Shown here piece by piece: positions 49,501 to 61,186 of a DNA stretch of 64,000 nucleotides (position 1 is the first letter of the stretch; every line of letters starts with the position of its first letter). The notes under the pieces were generated by a model. That model saw only the letters and a program-made list of their open reading frames with translations. It searched no databases and was not told the origin of the DNA. Source of the DNA: Botryllus schlosseri (Eukaryota); the NCBI GenBank assembly GCA_051294905.1, contig CM119386.1, forward strand, positions 13,578,001 to 13,642,000, read 5' to 3'. The position numbers and the translations under genes were made by a program.

Positions 49501-52500
49501 TGCAGACTTGCAGCACTGCAAACTTCTAGGCTTACATGGACTAGATGGCAAGGAGGAGACTAGATTAACTTTTGTGTGTGTTTTATGGGTGTGTATGTGT
49601 TGGCAATATGCCGGTACGGCATTTAGTATTAGTTTTAAGCGATCTTTGAGTGTGAGCAGCGCGATTTCGTGCGGCGTTTGATGTGAGATTACTCGCAAAA
49701 TTTGTAAACTGATCCACGCAAATTGGCTGTTCAGGAAACTATCGATCCAATTCAGGACGCAATACATACCCTTCTCGCCTGTATTGCCGCTGAAGTTTCC
49801 GGGCGGCAATACATTGATGGTGCTACCAGCGGTGGTCAGCAGGGTTGTAACCAAGTCAATCTCACTTTTATAGTTTTGACTGAGAGTCAAGTCGAGTCAT
49901 TTTCAATTCACCACCGAGTCAAGTCCAAGTCATCAAGCCGAGGGTCGAGTCCGAGTCAAGGGATTGTGACTCGAGTCCGAGCCCAAGTCCTTGTGTTGAC
50001 TGCTCAGTTTCAGTTAAAAGTCTTGTTAAAGCCACTTTTTATAACTCTGTTTGGTGATATCGAATTTATAATATGCTAATTTTCCTCACTTTTAGCAGTT
50101 TCTGGTCGCATTTTCAAGTACCAGTACCAATAGACAAAATCCCGATAGTGTGATTAACTTACTATTCTTAGAAATTACAATGAAATGTCGGTCTTGGCTG
50201 TCTGAATCTCGAGTCATATGACTTGGTTCGAGTCATGCGCGATGACTCGAGTCCAAATCAAGTCAATACACAGATTGACTCGAGTCGAGTCATTTCCGTA
50301 TTTTAAGAAAATGACTCGAGTCATCAGAAAATCGTGACTCGAGTCGAGTCATGACTCGAGTCATTACAACCCTGGTGGTCAGATATTGATTCCTCGCACC
50401 ACTTACCTCAGTGATGCTGATTTTAGACTGATTCCACTTTAGCAAAGCTGCCTACATTTAAAATCTGGATTTCTGCAAGTATAATGTAGCTTACGGATGA
50501 GTTTGTGTCACTTTTACGAGTGATTTCGTCGTTGTACGGACTGTGCGAAATTGCTTCTATTTGTGGTGTAAAGTTGCAATCCATCGACCAAATTTTACTT
50601 TTTCAAACCACTTTCGCTGGAAGGTAGTTTGCCACTGGAAATTCCATGTCTCATCGCCATCTTAAATGTTTTGTAGATCATGCCGAATTTCGAGGGCGTG
50701 CTTGAGACGTCGGTTGACAATTTGGCAAAGGACCCGCCGGAAGACCCGCACGAAAATGAGTTCATCGACTCGTCCAGACTGGTTTACGACGGTGTCCGAG
50801 AGATCAGGTGACTTGTTTCTGACAAAAGCATATCCTATGTATGATCGTCTATACTTGCAAGCGTTCACTATTATTCATTGCGCCACATGTTTTGAAATAG
50901 GCCACTTATGACTTATATTTTATATGATTAGTCGGTAGAGTCTGAGTCAAGAAGCTTCCAGTACTACCACGCATAACAGTAATTTATACTTGGAGTGTTA
51001 AAATATGCATGCCAGTTACACTTGATAATGTATTCTTTCTGTTCTATTGACACTACTATGTCATGGCAATCTGAAACAAAGCTGTCGGTCCGTGGCTACT
51101 ACACTGGCGTGTCGATTGGTAGTCTTGCGCTACGTGCTTTGAAAGATAGCTACCTTTTATTGAGGTTTCCAGGTGATGCGGTCGGGAGAAATTTTTTTCG
51201 ATGACTATAAATTCCCCTTTATGAAATAGCTTCTGGCGTATAATTTCCATATTCGGAAACCTCTGCTCTCTCGACTCAACGCTAATCATAAATACATATT
51301 TGGATTCAAGTGGTCGGGTCGTTATGTCCAGCCCAGCCTTCTTAGTGTGTTTCCGAAGTTGATAAAGTGGTCGATAGTCCCAAGTTTTTTCCGATCTTAT
51401 TAGAAAAGTGCACGACTTCGCTCAAGCAAACAAAAGAATATAGTGTCGACAAAAATTTTCACAAACGTTTTAAGCTCAATTTTTAATGTCGCGATGATTT
51501 TGTGGCCAGTCACAACTAATTAGATGCGTTTTAATACAGACGCGCCGTGCTGTTGATCAAGAATCCGGAAGATATCGAAGACTCCGACTACGAAGATGTG
51601 GTCGGCGGATCCGAGGTTGGCGCCAATAGCCGAGTCACAGCACAGGTATGATTGCGTGATTTGACTACTTGAAAAGAAAATGCCTGAAATATCAATAGCT
51701 GGGATGTTTCCGTGTTCATATTATCGTAATGCTTACCCCTCCGTAAATATAAGTTTCGTCGTTTTTCTATTGCGCGGGTATGTTTTTGTAATAGTGCAAA
51801 GTAATTATTAAACCCGTCGGGCTAAGCTAAACTAAACTGCTAGCATCAGAACTTTGAGACCCAGAAGAAAAAAGGGGGGCACAAGTCAACAATTAGCGAC
51901 CACAACACTGACAGCGAAACCAAAGACGACACCAAATCAACATTTAGAAAGAGTCGAGCAATGCTTAATTACTATGGCAAGTTTTTTGTAGTCAAATCTG
52001 TGGAAAGTTGCACTTATTTTTCACGAAAGTTAACACTAAAAAGTTGCATTCATGGGCAAGTTCCTTGAAATCGTTCCGTATCCGACGTACTGTAGCAAAA
52101 CTGAATGTTGGCGACTTCAACGAAATCGATAGCCTGAATGTATTGACCTAGTGAAAATATAATTCTGGGCGGTCTAGCCTGAATGTATGTCAAATCAGGA
52201 AGGACCTCAAATTTAAACAACAGTGAAATAATCAAGCGATCTATACGCATATGGTGCCAAATATTTCCAGTAAACAGTGGCATGAAAACTTGCAAAAAGT
52301 TGCATGAAAAACCGAAATAGGTGCATGAAAAAATGAAGAAAAGTTGCAATATAAGATTCCTCCCAACAGCTTAAAACACCATACTGAGTATTTAGGAAGC
52401 CGCCGGACGAAAAAAAGTTTCAAAAGATGCAAAAATGTCCCTACTAATTACCTAATAATTACTACTGCATATTACTGTAGTGACAGTATTACTTCTAGAG

Positions 52501-55500
52501 CATAAATATATTATCTGCCCACCGCTTTGACCACCAAGTTTGATATACCCCACAGACCACCGATACGGATGCTGCCGGGGGCAAAAAGAGCGAACGGGCT
52601 ATGTTCCGCGAGCTGCCCGAGGAGGAGAAGGCCAAGATCAAGGAGCAGGTGCAGGAGCTCATTCAGGAGAAGCACCTGCTCGACATTGAGGTGTCGAAGT
52701 GGGATGAGTCTTCCAACGACATCATCGTCCTGGCCAAGCAGATGTGTATGATCATGATGGAGATGACCGATTTCACCAGAGGCAAAGGTCTGCGGATGGT
52801 TTCGTTTCTGGTTTACAATCTTATCCAAGTCGAGAAGTGTGACGTATTACCAGACTTGGACGATAAGATGACTGTCTATTAGACTCCTTGAAGCAAAATG
52901 CCGATAATCGAATTATTGAAATTGTTTCTTCACGCAGTTGTTGTACACTGTCTTAACGACCCAGTCTTTATTATCCATTCGCCATACTAGATCATGACTG
53001 CGCAAGTGCGCATTCAGTTGTCAATAACGCACCGAAGTTTGATTGAAATTGGGCTCCCCTGCATTATGAGCAAGTCAATATTCACATATCTGAACTGTAT
53101 TGAATAGAATCTATCTAAATGTGTATCTTGACTGGCAAGATTATCTGATCTTTGTTGCATTGGCATTTGGTACTTTGATTTGATCCGCTTAGAATTTTGA
53201 AAATTGTCCTCTCCCCCCTTTTGTTTCATTACTCCGTCCTATTCTCTCAGCTGGCTTGGCGCCTCATCTGCGTGTTTATCATTGACTGGTGGATAGGGCA
53301 TCGTATGAGAATTCGTAACCCTATCTCAAAGCCTAACATATTCGATTGTAGATAGATGTCTGACCAAGGATATACACTTGCGTTCTCGCCAATTATAAAG
53401 TTTCACAGAGAACACTGTTGACAACCGCGTGAATTTTGACCTGTGCATGGGAAAAACGTGTTAGCGATGGTCTTTGGGAACACGTCTCGAAGCTTACTAG
53501 GAAGTGGTGCACTAGACCCTGGCGGTCATGTAGACTTTGCAATTTGTGATGCACGAATCAATTTTTTTGTTGCTTAGGTAATCTGAAGAACACGTCCGAC
53601 GTGATCGCGGCTGCCTCGAACATCGCCGATGCCGGTAATAGACTGGACGCACTCGCCAGCACAATTGCCGACGTGTGCCCGGATTCTGCGGCCAAGCGGG
53701 TTAGCGAGTTAGAGTGTCTTAGTACCGTAATCATGTCCTGTGTATTTCTATTTGGTTACCAGCAGAATTAGTGGTTTCCAAGACATGTCAAAATTACTTC
53801 TGAAATAATGTGGAGAAGGAAATTTTGGAAATTACTCCAGTAAATAGTTTGAAAAAGAAGATTTTGTTGAAGTGTCGCACACCTTTGGCAGTTAATCTGC
53901 GGGTTGCTATATTCGTGACTCAGAATGACCATTGACACTAAAAATATGTGCAATTTTCTCAAAAAGATTCAGTTTCTGTGTCACCAGGGCTATTTCGCCC
54001 GGTATTTATGTCAATTTCACTCATAGTTGTGTTCCAAACTTGTCGAAAAGCAAGCACTCCACAAAAGCTGGTGTGTAATAAGTAAGTTGTTTTTTACCGA
54101 AAGACTGAGTAGGAGTGGAAGTAGTGCAAGTCAGCAAATCCTGCTGCAGTACCCAGAAAAAGTGAAAGTACATCTACTATTACCACCTCTGAATAGTGAA
54201 GTGTGAAAAGCAATCTCTGCTCTATCCCAGGATCTGATGGCTTACTTGCAACGGATTACCCTGTGCTGTCACCAGCTGAAAATGTGCGCCCGGGTCAAGG
54301 CAGAGGTGGTCAGCATCGGCGGCGAAACGGTCGTGTCCGGGCTGGACAGTGCTACTTCTCTCATCCAGGTACGCGATTCGACGATTACGTCCTGTCGGAC
54401 AGGGTGTGTACTCGTGATTTTCTCCGCAGGCCGCTAAGAACTTGATGAACGCCGTGGTGCTCACGGTGAAGGCGTCTTACGTGGCGTCCACAAAGTACAG
54501 GAAACATCACCAAAACGACCAATCTATCGTCACCTGGAAAATGAAGGTAAGCTCCGGCCTTTTGTAATAAGGCTCGACCTGGTTCTGAAACCTTTTGTAC
54601 CCCGGACCTCTGAATTTTCTTGGATAGGTCGGTATTTTACTGGCACGCAAATTCAGAGTTTCTAGTTGCTGCTGGGTAATATCCAACTCGCTGGCTATCC
54701 GACAGTCATCGAGCATGTCCAGTCCACATTCAAGTAGAAATACAAACAATTTCTAGTAAAGACATACCAGCTCATCCCATATTTTACCGGACCACGACCT
54801 GGCATATCGATCTCGCCTTCCGACACGTACCATCTTTTTTTACATCGCCTATGCCGGGTGGGTGTCTGATTTCGAAGACTACTCCAAGTCGTTTCGACAC
54901 CTTCCTATCTTTCGTTGTCTCGCAGTCTTGAGGTGTATCGAAATGATGAAAATTGTGGCAATAAATTGAATTGACTTTTCAGTATCTAAAATTCCTTCAT
55001 AACACGAAGAAACGTGTGCCGCAAGTTCCACACAGGGTTAAGAAGCGATGATGCGTGGCCTCAATTTTCAAACTTGCAGTTGTAATTCGAGACCGCGTCA
55101 TATTTAGAGCACGCAGTGCCACTTTAAGATACTGAAACATCCTGCTATTTTACAAAATGTTCACGGTATAGAATATCTTCTTAACCCGATCGAAACGGCC
55201 GGCCTCAAGTCCAAATTTCAATGCATTTAGTAAAATGTTCATAAAATCTGAACCACGGGAGTTGAACCGACACCCAATATATCGCTGTAATCGTGAAACA
55301 GTCGCCTAACCAACTGAGCTACTCTCAAAGCGAGAGAGAAACAGGTGATGCCCCTATACCAAGAAGTGTTCTCAACTTTTAGAAAATAAAAGAGAATTTG
55401 ATTTTTGAATTTGCGACTACGTCATACAAAGACCTGCTCGGGATAGAATCATCGCCTGACTGATTTCGCAAGGATATCAGGATTCTAAAATGACCTGAGT

Positions 55501-58016
55501 GAGGTTCTTACGATAATACAATCGAGAGTAACGACCGCTGATATAGCGATGGCTACAGTTGGATATAGCGCGATTGATGCCAGGCGTCTCGCATTCGGCG
55601 CACATACACGCGCCGTGAGTTATTCTAGTATCGACGACGTTCAATGATTCATTTCACCGCGCCGGTGTATATATTAGCTTTGTACGAGTTACTAAGTACT
55701 AGATAGTGCTTTGTCGAAACACACCTTGCTCTTGTACAACAACTAGAACTGAATATATAGTGGTCGGATTGACAGGTAGTCATACCTGCAATATAAAATA
55801 CAGTGTTTCACTGATATTTTACTGGGCATTTGAAAAAAGATTAGGTCATATTATGCAAGCCTTTTATCGATAATCGTGATGTACACAATCGCTTTGAGAC
55901 AAGGGCTGTCTATTGAACAAATAGGCACTTTGAAAACCCAGTGTTCACGACATGCGCACCGCAGCAATCAGCTTCGAAGTGCACAACTCGACCGCTGACT
56001 CTACACACCTATTTTATTCGCTAATTTGACAATGGACATTGGACATTCAGCCATATTTTGCTTTTGTTCTCTACCATGGGCCAGATCTGAAACATTTTCA
56101 CCAGAAGTGAAGCCATTTACGGACATAACTTTGCTGTCATATCGATTGCGCGTTGGAGATCTTGTAGCTCGTTGCACATATCATGCTGGTAATGCTGTAT
56201 TAGTATAAAAAGCAGCAATCGATATGCGTAATCTGTAACAGCGAATCTGCGCTAATCACAACAGCAAATATACTACCGCGTGTTATTGTTTGGGTAATAA
56301 CATAGTATCGCGGACGTTCAAATGATTCATTTCACAACGTCGGTATATGTAATCGCTTGTCTATCCTTTGTACGAGTTAGTGCCATGTGTTGAAACTAAC
56401 ATTGCTGTTGTACAACACGCGCATCGCAGCAATCAGATTCGAAGTGCGTTCGTGACCGCAGACTCTACATACCTCGATCCGCTAAATTGAAAATCGACAT
56501 TCAACCATATTTTTGTAAAAGAATTTATTGCATGGCGCAATATATCATGAAATAATGCACCACGTGTGTAATGCAATAGCAAATCGAAATAATAACAAAC
56601 CAGCACATCTAGCACCAACACATGGAAAAACGTAAGAAACCATTATAGCATTGGCAACTGAAGTTATTGCAATTATATTCGTTGCCCACACTGCAATGAT
56701 AATAGGTCAACTGCTTTGACAGAGTTACGCCGAATTTTCTTGCCTCTCTCGCGAATCATGGACGAATAAAATACTTTGAATCAAGAAAGTGCATTGATTA
56801 GATGGAACCGGGATTTGATGCCTGGCTTTGCTGGTCGTCAAATTTTCATAAATGACCTGCGCGTTGTGGACGGAAATCTCGAGCAGACACGAAAATACTT
56901 TTCAATACCAGAATCGCGACCGGAGCATTGATGTGCCGGTGCATTTCTTTTTATTCGCTACTACGGGAAAGACGTGAAACATTTCCACCAGAAGTGAAGC
57001 CATTTACGGACATAAATTTGCTGTCATATCAATAGCGGAGATCTTGTAGCTCGCTGAAGAACATCATGGCAGTATTGGTGTATTAGTATGAATAGCAAAA
57101 ATATTCAATATGCGTAATCTTCAACAGCAACAGAAAATACATTGCTAAAACCCGCGCATGTTATTTCGTAACATAATTTTACTTCCAGTTCGAAGAATCT
57201 TCTGTGCGACTAATTTTTGATTATAAGTATTCCAATAGATGGGCAATGGGCATAACCAGCACATGTTAGGAGAAAAGATCTGCAAATGAATTTGATGTCT
57301 CGGAGATGCGCTGATTTAGGTCACGGGCGCTGGTTTATCTCACGCGCGCACATTCACGCGAACGTCGTGGCGAATTGTATTTTGCGCAAAACGTTTTTAT
57401 GTATTCAATCTGCATTTTGAACAGGCTATTCGATAGTATAAGATGTTATTTATGGCTCGACGTATGCGTATTGATAATAGCTATCCATCTGTAATAGTTG
57501 TAATTGTCTACGACCAGAACAACCCAGGAAATTTTGGATTAAGTAAAGCGTGTTCGTGAAAATACGCTCAGTAATCATTAATGAGTGTGCCGTTTCGATC
57601 GGGTTAATCTTTAGTGCAAGACTTTGATCAACCCCAAATGTTCGCTAAATCACTAAAACATAAAGTCATTACTGAGAATAGTGTTGGTGTTAAAAGATCG
57701 AAACCAAGAAACATGATTTTCTCACAAAGCAAAAAGATTGTAATGAATTATTTCTGTACATCAATGCGGCTTCCCCTGTGTGATTGTGTGTGTATTGCCC
57801 TCTTCCGAACCTGTTTAAACTGTCTTCCATTGTTCGAGCAATGACTCTCGCCCTCGCTGAACTCTGAAACTTTGCTCACAGGCCCCGGAGAAAAAGCCTC
57901 TGGTCAGAAACGAGAGAGGTCGAAAGCCAGCCGAGTACAAGGCGCCCGTGCGCAGACAATCGCAGAAGAAACTCAACCCCGCCAAAGCTCTCAGCGAATT
58001 CAGCGCCAACATGTAA
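43514..58016 (+). CDS. CTNNA: Alpha-catenin, 19 coding exons, 906 aa
   Basis: Exons: 43514-43690, 44617-44799, 45294-45467, 46100-46243, 46313-46414, 46605-46759, 46820-46913, 47108-47335, 47729-47854, 48108-48200, 49051-49230, 49293-49376, 50677-50807, 51540-51645, 52556-52787, 53578-53699, 54231-54368, 54430-54546, 57882-58016. They total 2721 nt, all introns are GT-AG and phases are consistent. Diagnostic motifs: LEPLVIQVTTLVN, EFADDPCSS, ADSSCTRDDRRERIVAECNAVRQALQ, KAVVDHVSDSF, DIIVLAKQMCMIMMEMTDFTRGKG, WKMKAPEKKPLV. Confidence 0.96.
48352..48747 (+). mobile_element. PLE 3'-end insertion with inverted 5' piece, in alpha-catenin intron 10
   Basis: The plus part encodes a degenerate EN C-terminus (RSQFHLCALES...QKEFVYHLK), a decayed hammerhead (CAGACGA core) and the tail. 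A minus-oriented piece of the same unit lies at 48352-48435. The insertion is flanked by the 15-bp direct repeat TTCAAAAGTGTAAAT. Confidence 0.78.
49840..50374. mobile_element. hAT (Ac-like) MITE, CAGGGTTGTAA family
   Basis: TIRs CAGGGTTGTAA/TTACAACCCTG with a perfect TSD GTGGTCAG. Confidence 0.9.
51973..52443. mobile_element. hAT-type MITE, TAGGGACAAG family
   Basis: Ends TATGGCAAGTTTTT and AAAAATGTCCCTA, TSD TTAATTAC/CTAATTAC. Confidence 0.75.
55253..55326 (-). mobile_element. tRNA-derived SINE head or tRNA pseudogene
   Basis: A box TAGCTCAGTTGG and B box GGTTCAACTCC are present, but the cloverleaf stems are broken. Confidence 0.5.
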
Positions 58017-58710
58017 ACATCGCCGGAAGGTTTTGAAGATTCGGACCAACCTTAGCGGCCGCGCCCGCCGCCAATCATACTTTGTTATGACTGCGTTTCA
58101 CGTTTTGTATATTAGTGTTTAGATATACGGTTTTATAGCTGAACGACCATTCGTTTTATCATTGTGCGCGTGACTACTTATCTCGCGTCTTGTTGCTTAA
58201 TTTCGTATAGGCGCGGCGGACATCTTGCTTTTACGTATCTGTAATTATGACGTGCTTTAGGATCTACTTTTACTTTTTAAGAGATCGGTGCTTACTTTTG
58301 AACGAAAGCTTACGGTACGAGTGCGTGTCATTGTGGCGCCCAGATCATGGTAATGAAATGTGTAACATTCCAGGTTGCGTGCGTGGTGTGTGATTTCAGG
58401 GGTATTCGGTCAGGAACAGAGTAGAAATGGGCTGTGGGCAGGCGTTGGGCATAATCATTGGAGTACTTGAATCTGAACCGAGTATTAATCTTAATGATTC
58501 GTGTCGTGTAATGGAAAATCTTATTTTCGGGCACCGAAGTTATACGAGTATTATAATTTCGATTGGTGGTATCTGCAGTATGCAACACGTACGTTGCAAA
58601 GGTACACGTATAGTGGAAATGATATATTTGTAAAGTCCTGATTAACCCACAGCGTTGTCACGAAGTGCAAGAAAATAGTTACAGTAAAAAGGATCTATTC
58701 GTATTGAAAT

Positions 58711-58748
58711 GAACCCGAATATTTTCGGCTGACACTCGTCAGGGGTAA
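58711..58748 (-). ncRNA. Minimal type I hammerhead ribozyme motif (copy 1 of tandem pair)
   Basis: ACCC-CUGACGA-G(UGUCAGC)C-GAAA-AUAU-UC-GGGU. The core is intact, helix III is the palindrome AAUAUU, and the cleavage triplet is UUC. Confidence 0.72.
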
Positions 58749-58825
58749 TCGTCAGCAACTAGTAGAGAATTGGAAAGAACATTGTATATCAACAATCGTA
58801 TCAAATACTATATTCATATTGAAAT

Positions 58826-58863
58826 GAACCCGAATATTTTCGGCTGACACTCGTCAGGGGTAA
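58826..58863 (-). ncRNA. Minimal type I hammerhead ribozyme motif (copy 2 of tandem pair)
   Basis: Identical motif 115 nt from copy 1. Confidence 0.72.
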
Positions 58864-60522
58864 TCGTCAGCAACTAGCAGAGAATTGGAAAGAACATTGT
58901 ATATCAACAATCGTATCACAAAATATGACGTCACCAGCATGAAATTTCGAATGAGAGAGCGTTCAATGTACTATTTTTAGGTGATACACGAACTCCTTTT
59001 GTTGACAGAGTTTTGGTTGGTGTATTTTGATAAAAGTTGATTCCAAGGCACACAAATGGAATTGTGAACGACCTCGACCTACGATTCGAAATCGGTCGTC
59101 TCGATAATTATTCGCACAAATCGGATTATCCAACAGATGTTTGCCGATGGATTAGTCCTCGGCGCAGAAAAATTAACCTCATAGGCACACTCGTGCATAG
59201 AGCGTTGATGATATGTTCGGGTAACAAACTGAGTTTAGAACTTGACTACATCCGGAAAATCTTACTTGATAACGGTTACCCTGAACACGTCATCAGCCGC
59301 GGCATGGAGAGGAAATTAACGCAATTCAACGCAGAAAAACGAGCAGAGCCCACCGCACGAACAATAAAAGATGTTTATATCCATCTACCTTGGATTGGCC
59401 CCATTTCCACCCGCTTTGAAAAACAATTGATTTCTGCTGTCGGTAAATGTTACGATACAGTCAAAACCAATGTGATTTTTACAACAACACAACTGCTCCC
59501 TTCAACACGCAAAGACGTACTTCCTGCACTTCAACAAAGTAATGTAACAATCGTATCACAAAATATGACGTCACCAGAATGAAATTTCGTGAATGAGAGA
59601 GCGTTCAATGTACTATTTTTATGGTACACGAACTCCTTTTGTTGACAGAGTTTTGGTTGGTGTGTTTTGATGAAAGTCGACTCTAAGGGTGGGTTTCAAA
59701 TAGTCAACTTAATCCCGTCGTCGGGCTTAAGCTACACCCCTCAGGCTGAAGTCGGTTTCAAAAGTGTGACTTGAGGGGATTTCCCCTCCAGCGTGCGCTT
59801 AGTTAAGACAGATATCCAAGCCAGCTAGGGGGTAGGCTGAAGTCACCAGTGCTGGTAACTGTTGTGCTGGTTGTTGAAGGATACTGGCCGTTTTTCTGAT
59901 GTATAGCTTGGCAAATCAGATTAGATCATTGTATATTGCTTTCAGGCAGTTTGGAACAATGTTTTTATCACAAACGTGACAAGTTGATGTCATACCGTTA
60001 TATAGTGGGATTTACAGGGGAATGCTGCAGGGGTGTTCGTATACTGAACGGATTTCAGGTCAAATGGATAGCCAGAGCCCTGATGCACACAGGACACATC
60101 AGCACTTCTTCCATACCCGCACCATATAGTATCAAGCAATGTTCCCCATGACCACTATAACCCGCGATCGCTGGCCCCAATCGATTCAGTTACGAATATG
60201 ATATGACTGTGGTTACGAGAGAGGGGATGTGATATTTCAGGCAAGGCGTAAAGATGTGCCCTACCGTTGGACTATTTCTATTGTGAATAATAATATATAT
60301 TAATATCGTTGGGTTATATTTTTCATCTGAACAAGTCACAAACAATGTCCAATGCAATAAGACACAATGCTATGAACAGATAGGAGGATGTCGAACGACA
60401 CGCATCAGTAGCGATCCTCTACTCTAACATCCACCTCGGCCTAGAGTACCCGATGTCACAGTTCTTTTCGATGTTGATCTTTTTGAACCGGAGACCTTTT
60501 TGTTGCCGTAAGAACGGATAAA

Positions 60523-60592
60523 CCTTCGACAGGAATCGAACCGGGTCCGTCAGATTGGTGGACGCTTATCGTTACCACTACGCTATCTCCCC
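60523..60592 (-). mobile_element. tRNA-derived SINE head or tRNA pseudogene
   Basis: GGGGAGATAGCGTAGTGG (A box) and GGTTCGATTCC (B box) are present, but the T and acceptor stems do not pair well. Confidence 0.5.
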
Positions 60593-61186
60593 TGCCTATG
60601 TGGGTAAACAATAGTCAGCGATGCGAATCCGTTAAGGTAATGATGCTGATTAGTGGTCATGGGGAACATCGGTTAATATGGCACATGTATCGAAGAAGCA
60701 CCGAGATTAGGTTGTGGCGTCTTGTCTGCATCTTGCTGTCACCTTGTCATTGCAGTTTTCTGACTCTTCAGAATTTCTTGGTTACCTCTTAAGCATGTCG
60801 GTGTTTTGACAGTTTGCCTTTGCTGGGGTCATAGCCAAAAAGTGAACGCATGACGCGTCATTAGAAAAATGAAAATATGTATCGTACGTATTTGGTACAG
60901 TATGGCCTAATCAACGTTGCACGCAATTTTGCCAGATTGCATGGTTTTTATCTTGATTTCCATTTTCGTCCCACCCATATGAGCGTTGTCGTAAATATGT
61001 TCAACCGCTGTTACTTTCAGCAATAGTGCTGACTATATGGAACTTTCATCAATATGTATATTTTTGACTTTATTAAATATTGCTGATGACGTAGGTATTG
61101 TTTTTACCAGCATTGTGCTCATACTCAATTTGGTCTAGTTGACTCTTTGGCTATCACCACTCAAAATTTATTATCCTGAACAAGCA

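Larger units (their letters stand above)
58695..59690 (-). mobile_element. Composite PLE: minus-strand EN C-terminus and 3' end with two hammerhead units, an inverted RT fragment, and a second 3'-end fragment
   Basis: Minus ~59150-58955 reads SIGKHLLDNPICANNYRDDRFRIVGRGRSQFHLCALESTFIKIHQPKLCQQKEFVYHLKIVH*. Plus ~59143-59546 reads SPRRRKINLIGTLVHRALMICS...NGYPEH...HLPWIG...RKDVLPALQQSNV. Minus 59547-59690 is a second ALESTFIKTHQPKLCQQ copy. Confidence 0.88.

Noticed and set aside
55253-55326. Functional tRNA gene (also 60523-60592)
   Set aside because: The acceptor and T stems do not pair properly; only the promoter boxes are preserved.
43514-58016. Vinculin or alpha-catulin as an alternative identity
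   Set aside because: There is no proline-rich hinge, and the motifs and length are colinear with alpha-catenin throughout.
3565-60792. Most 60-130 aa ORFs in the supplied track
   Set aside because: They are antisense or alternate frames of real exons, repeat-derived frames, or chance ORFs in AT-rich DNA without recognisable motifs.
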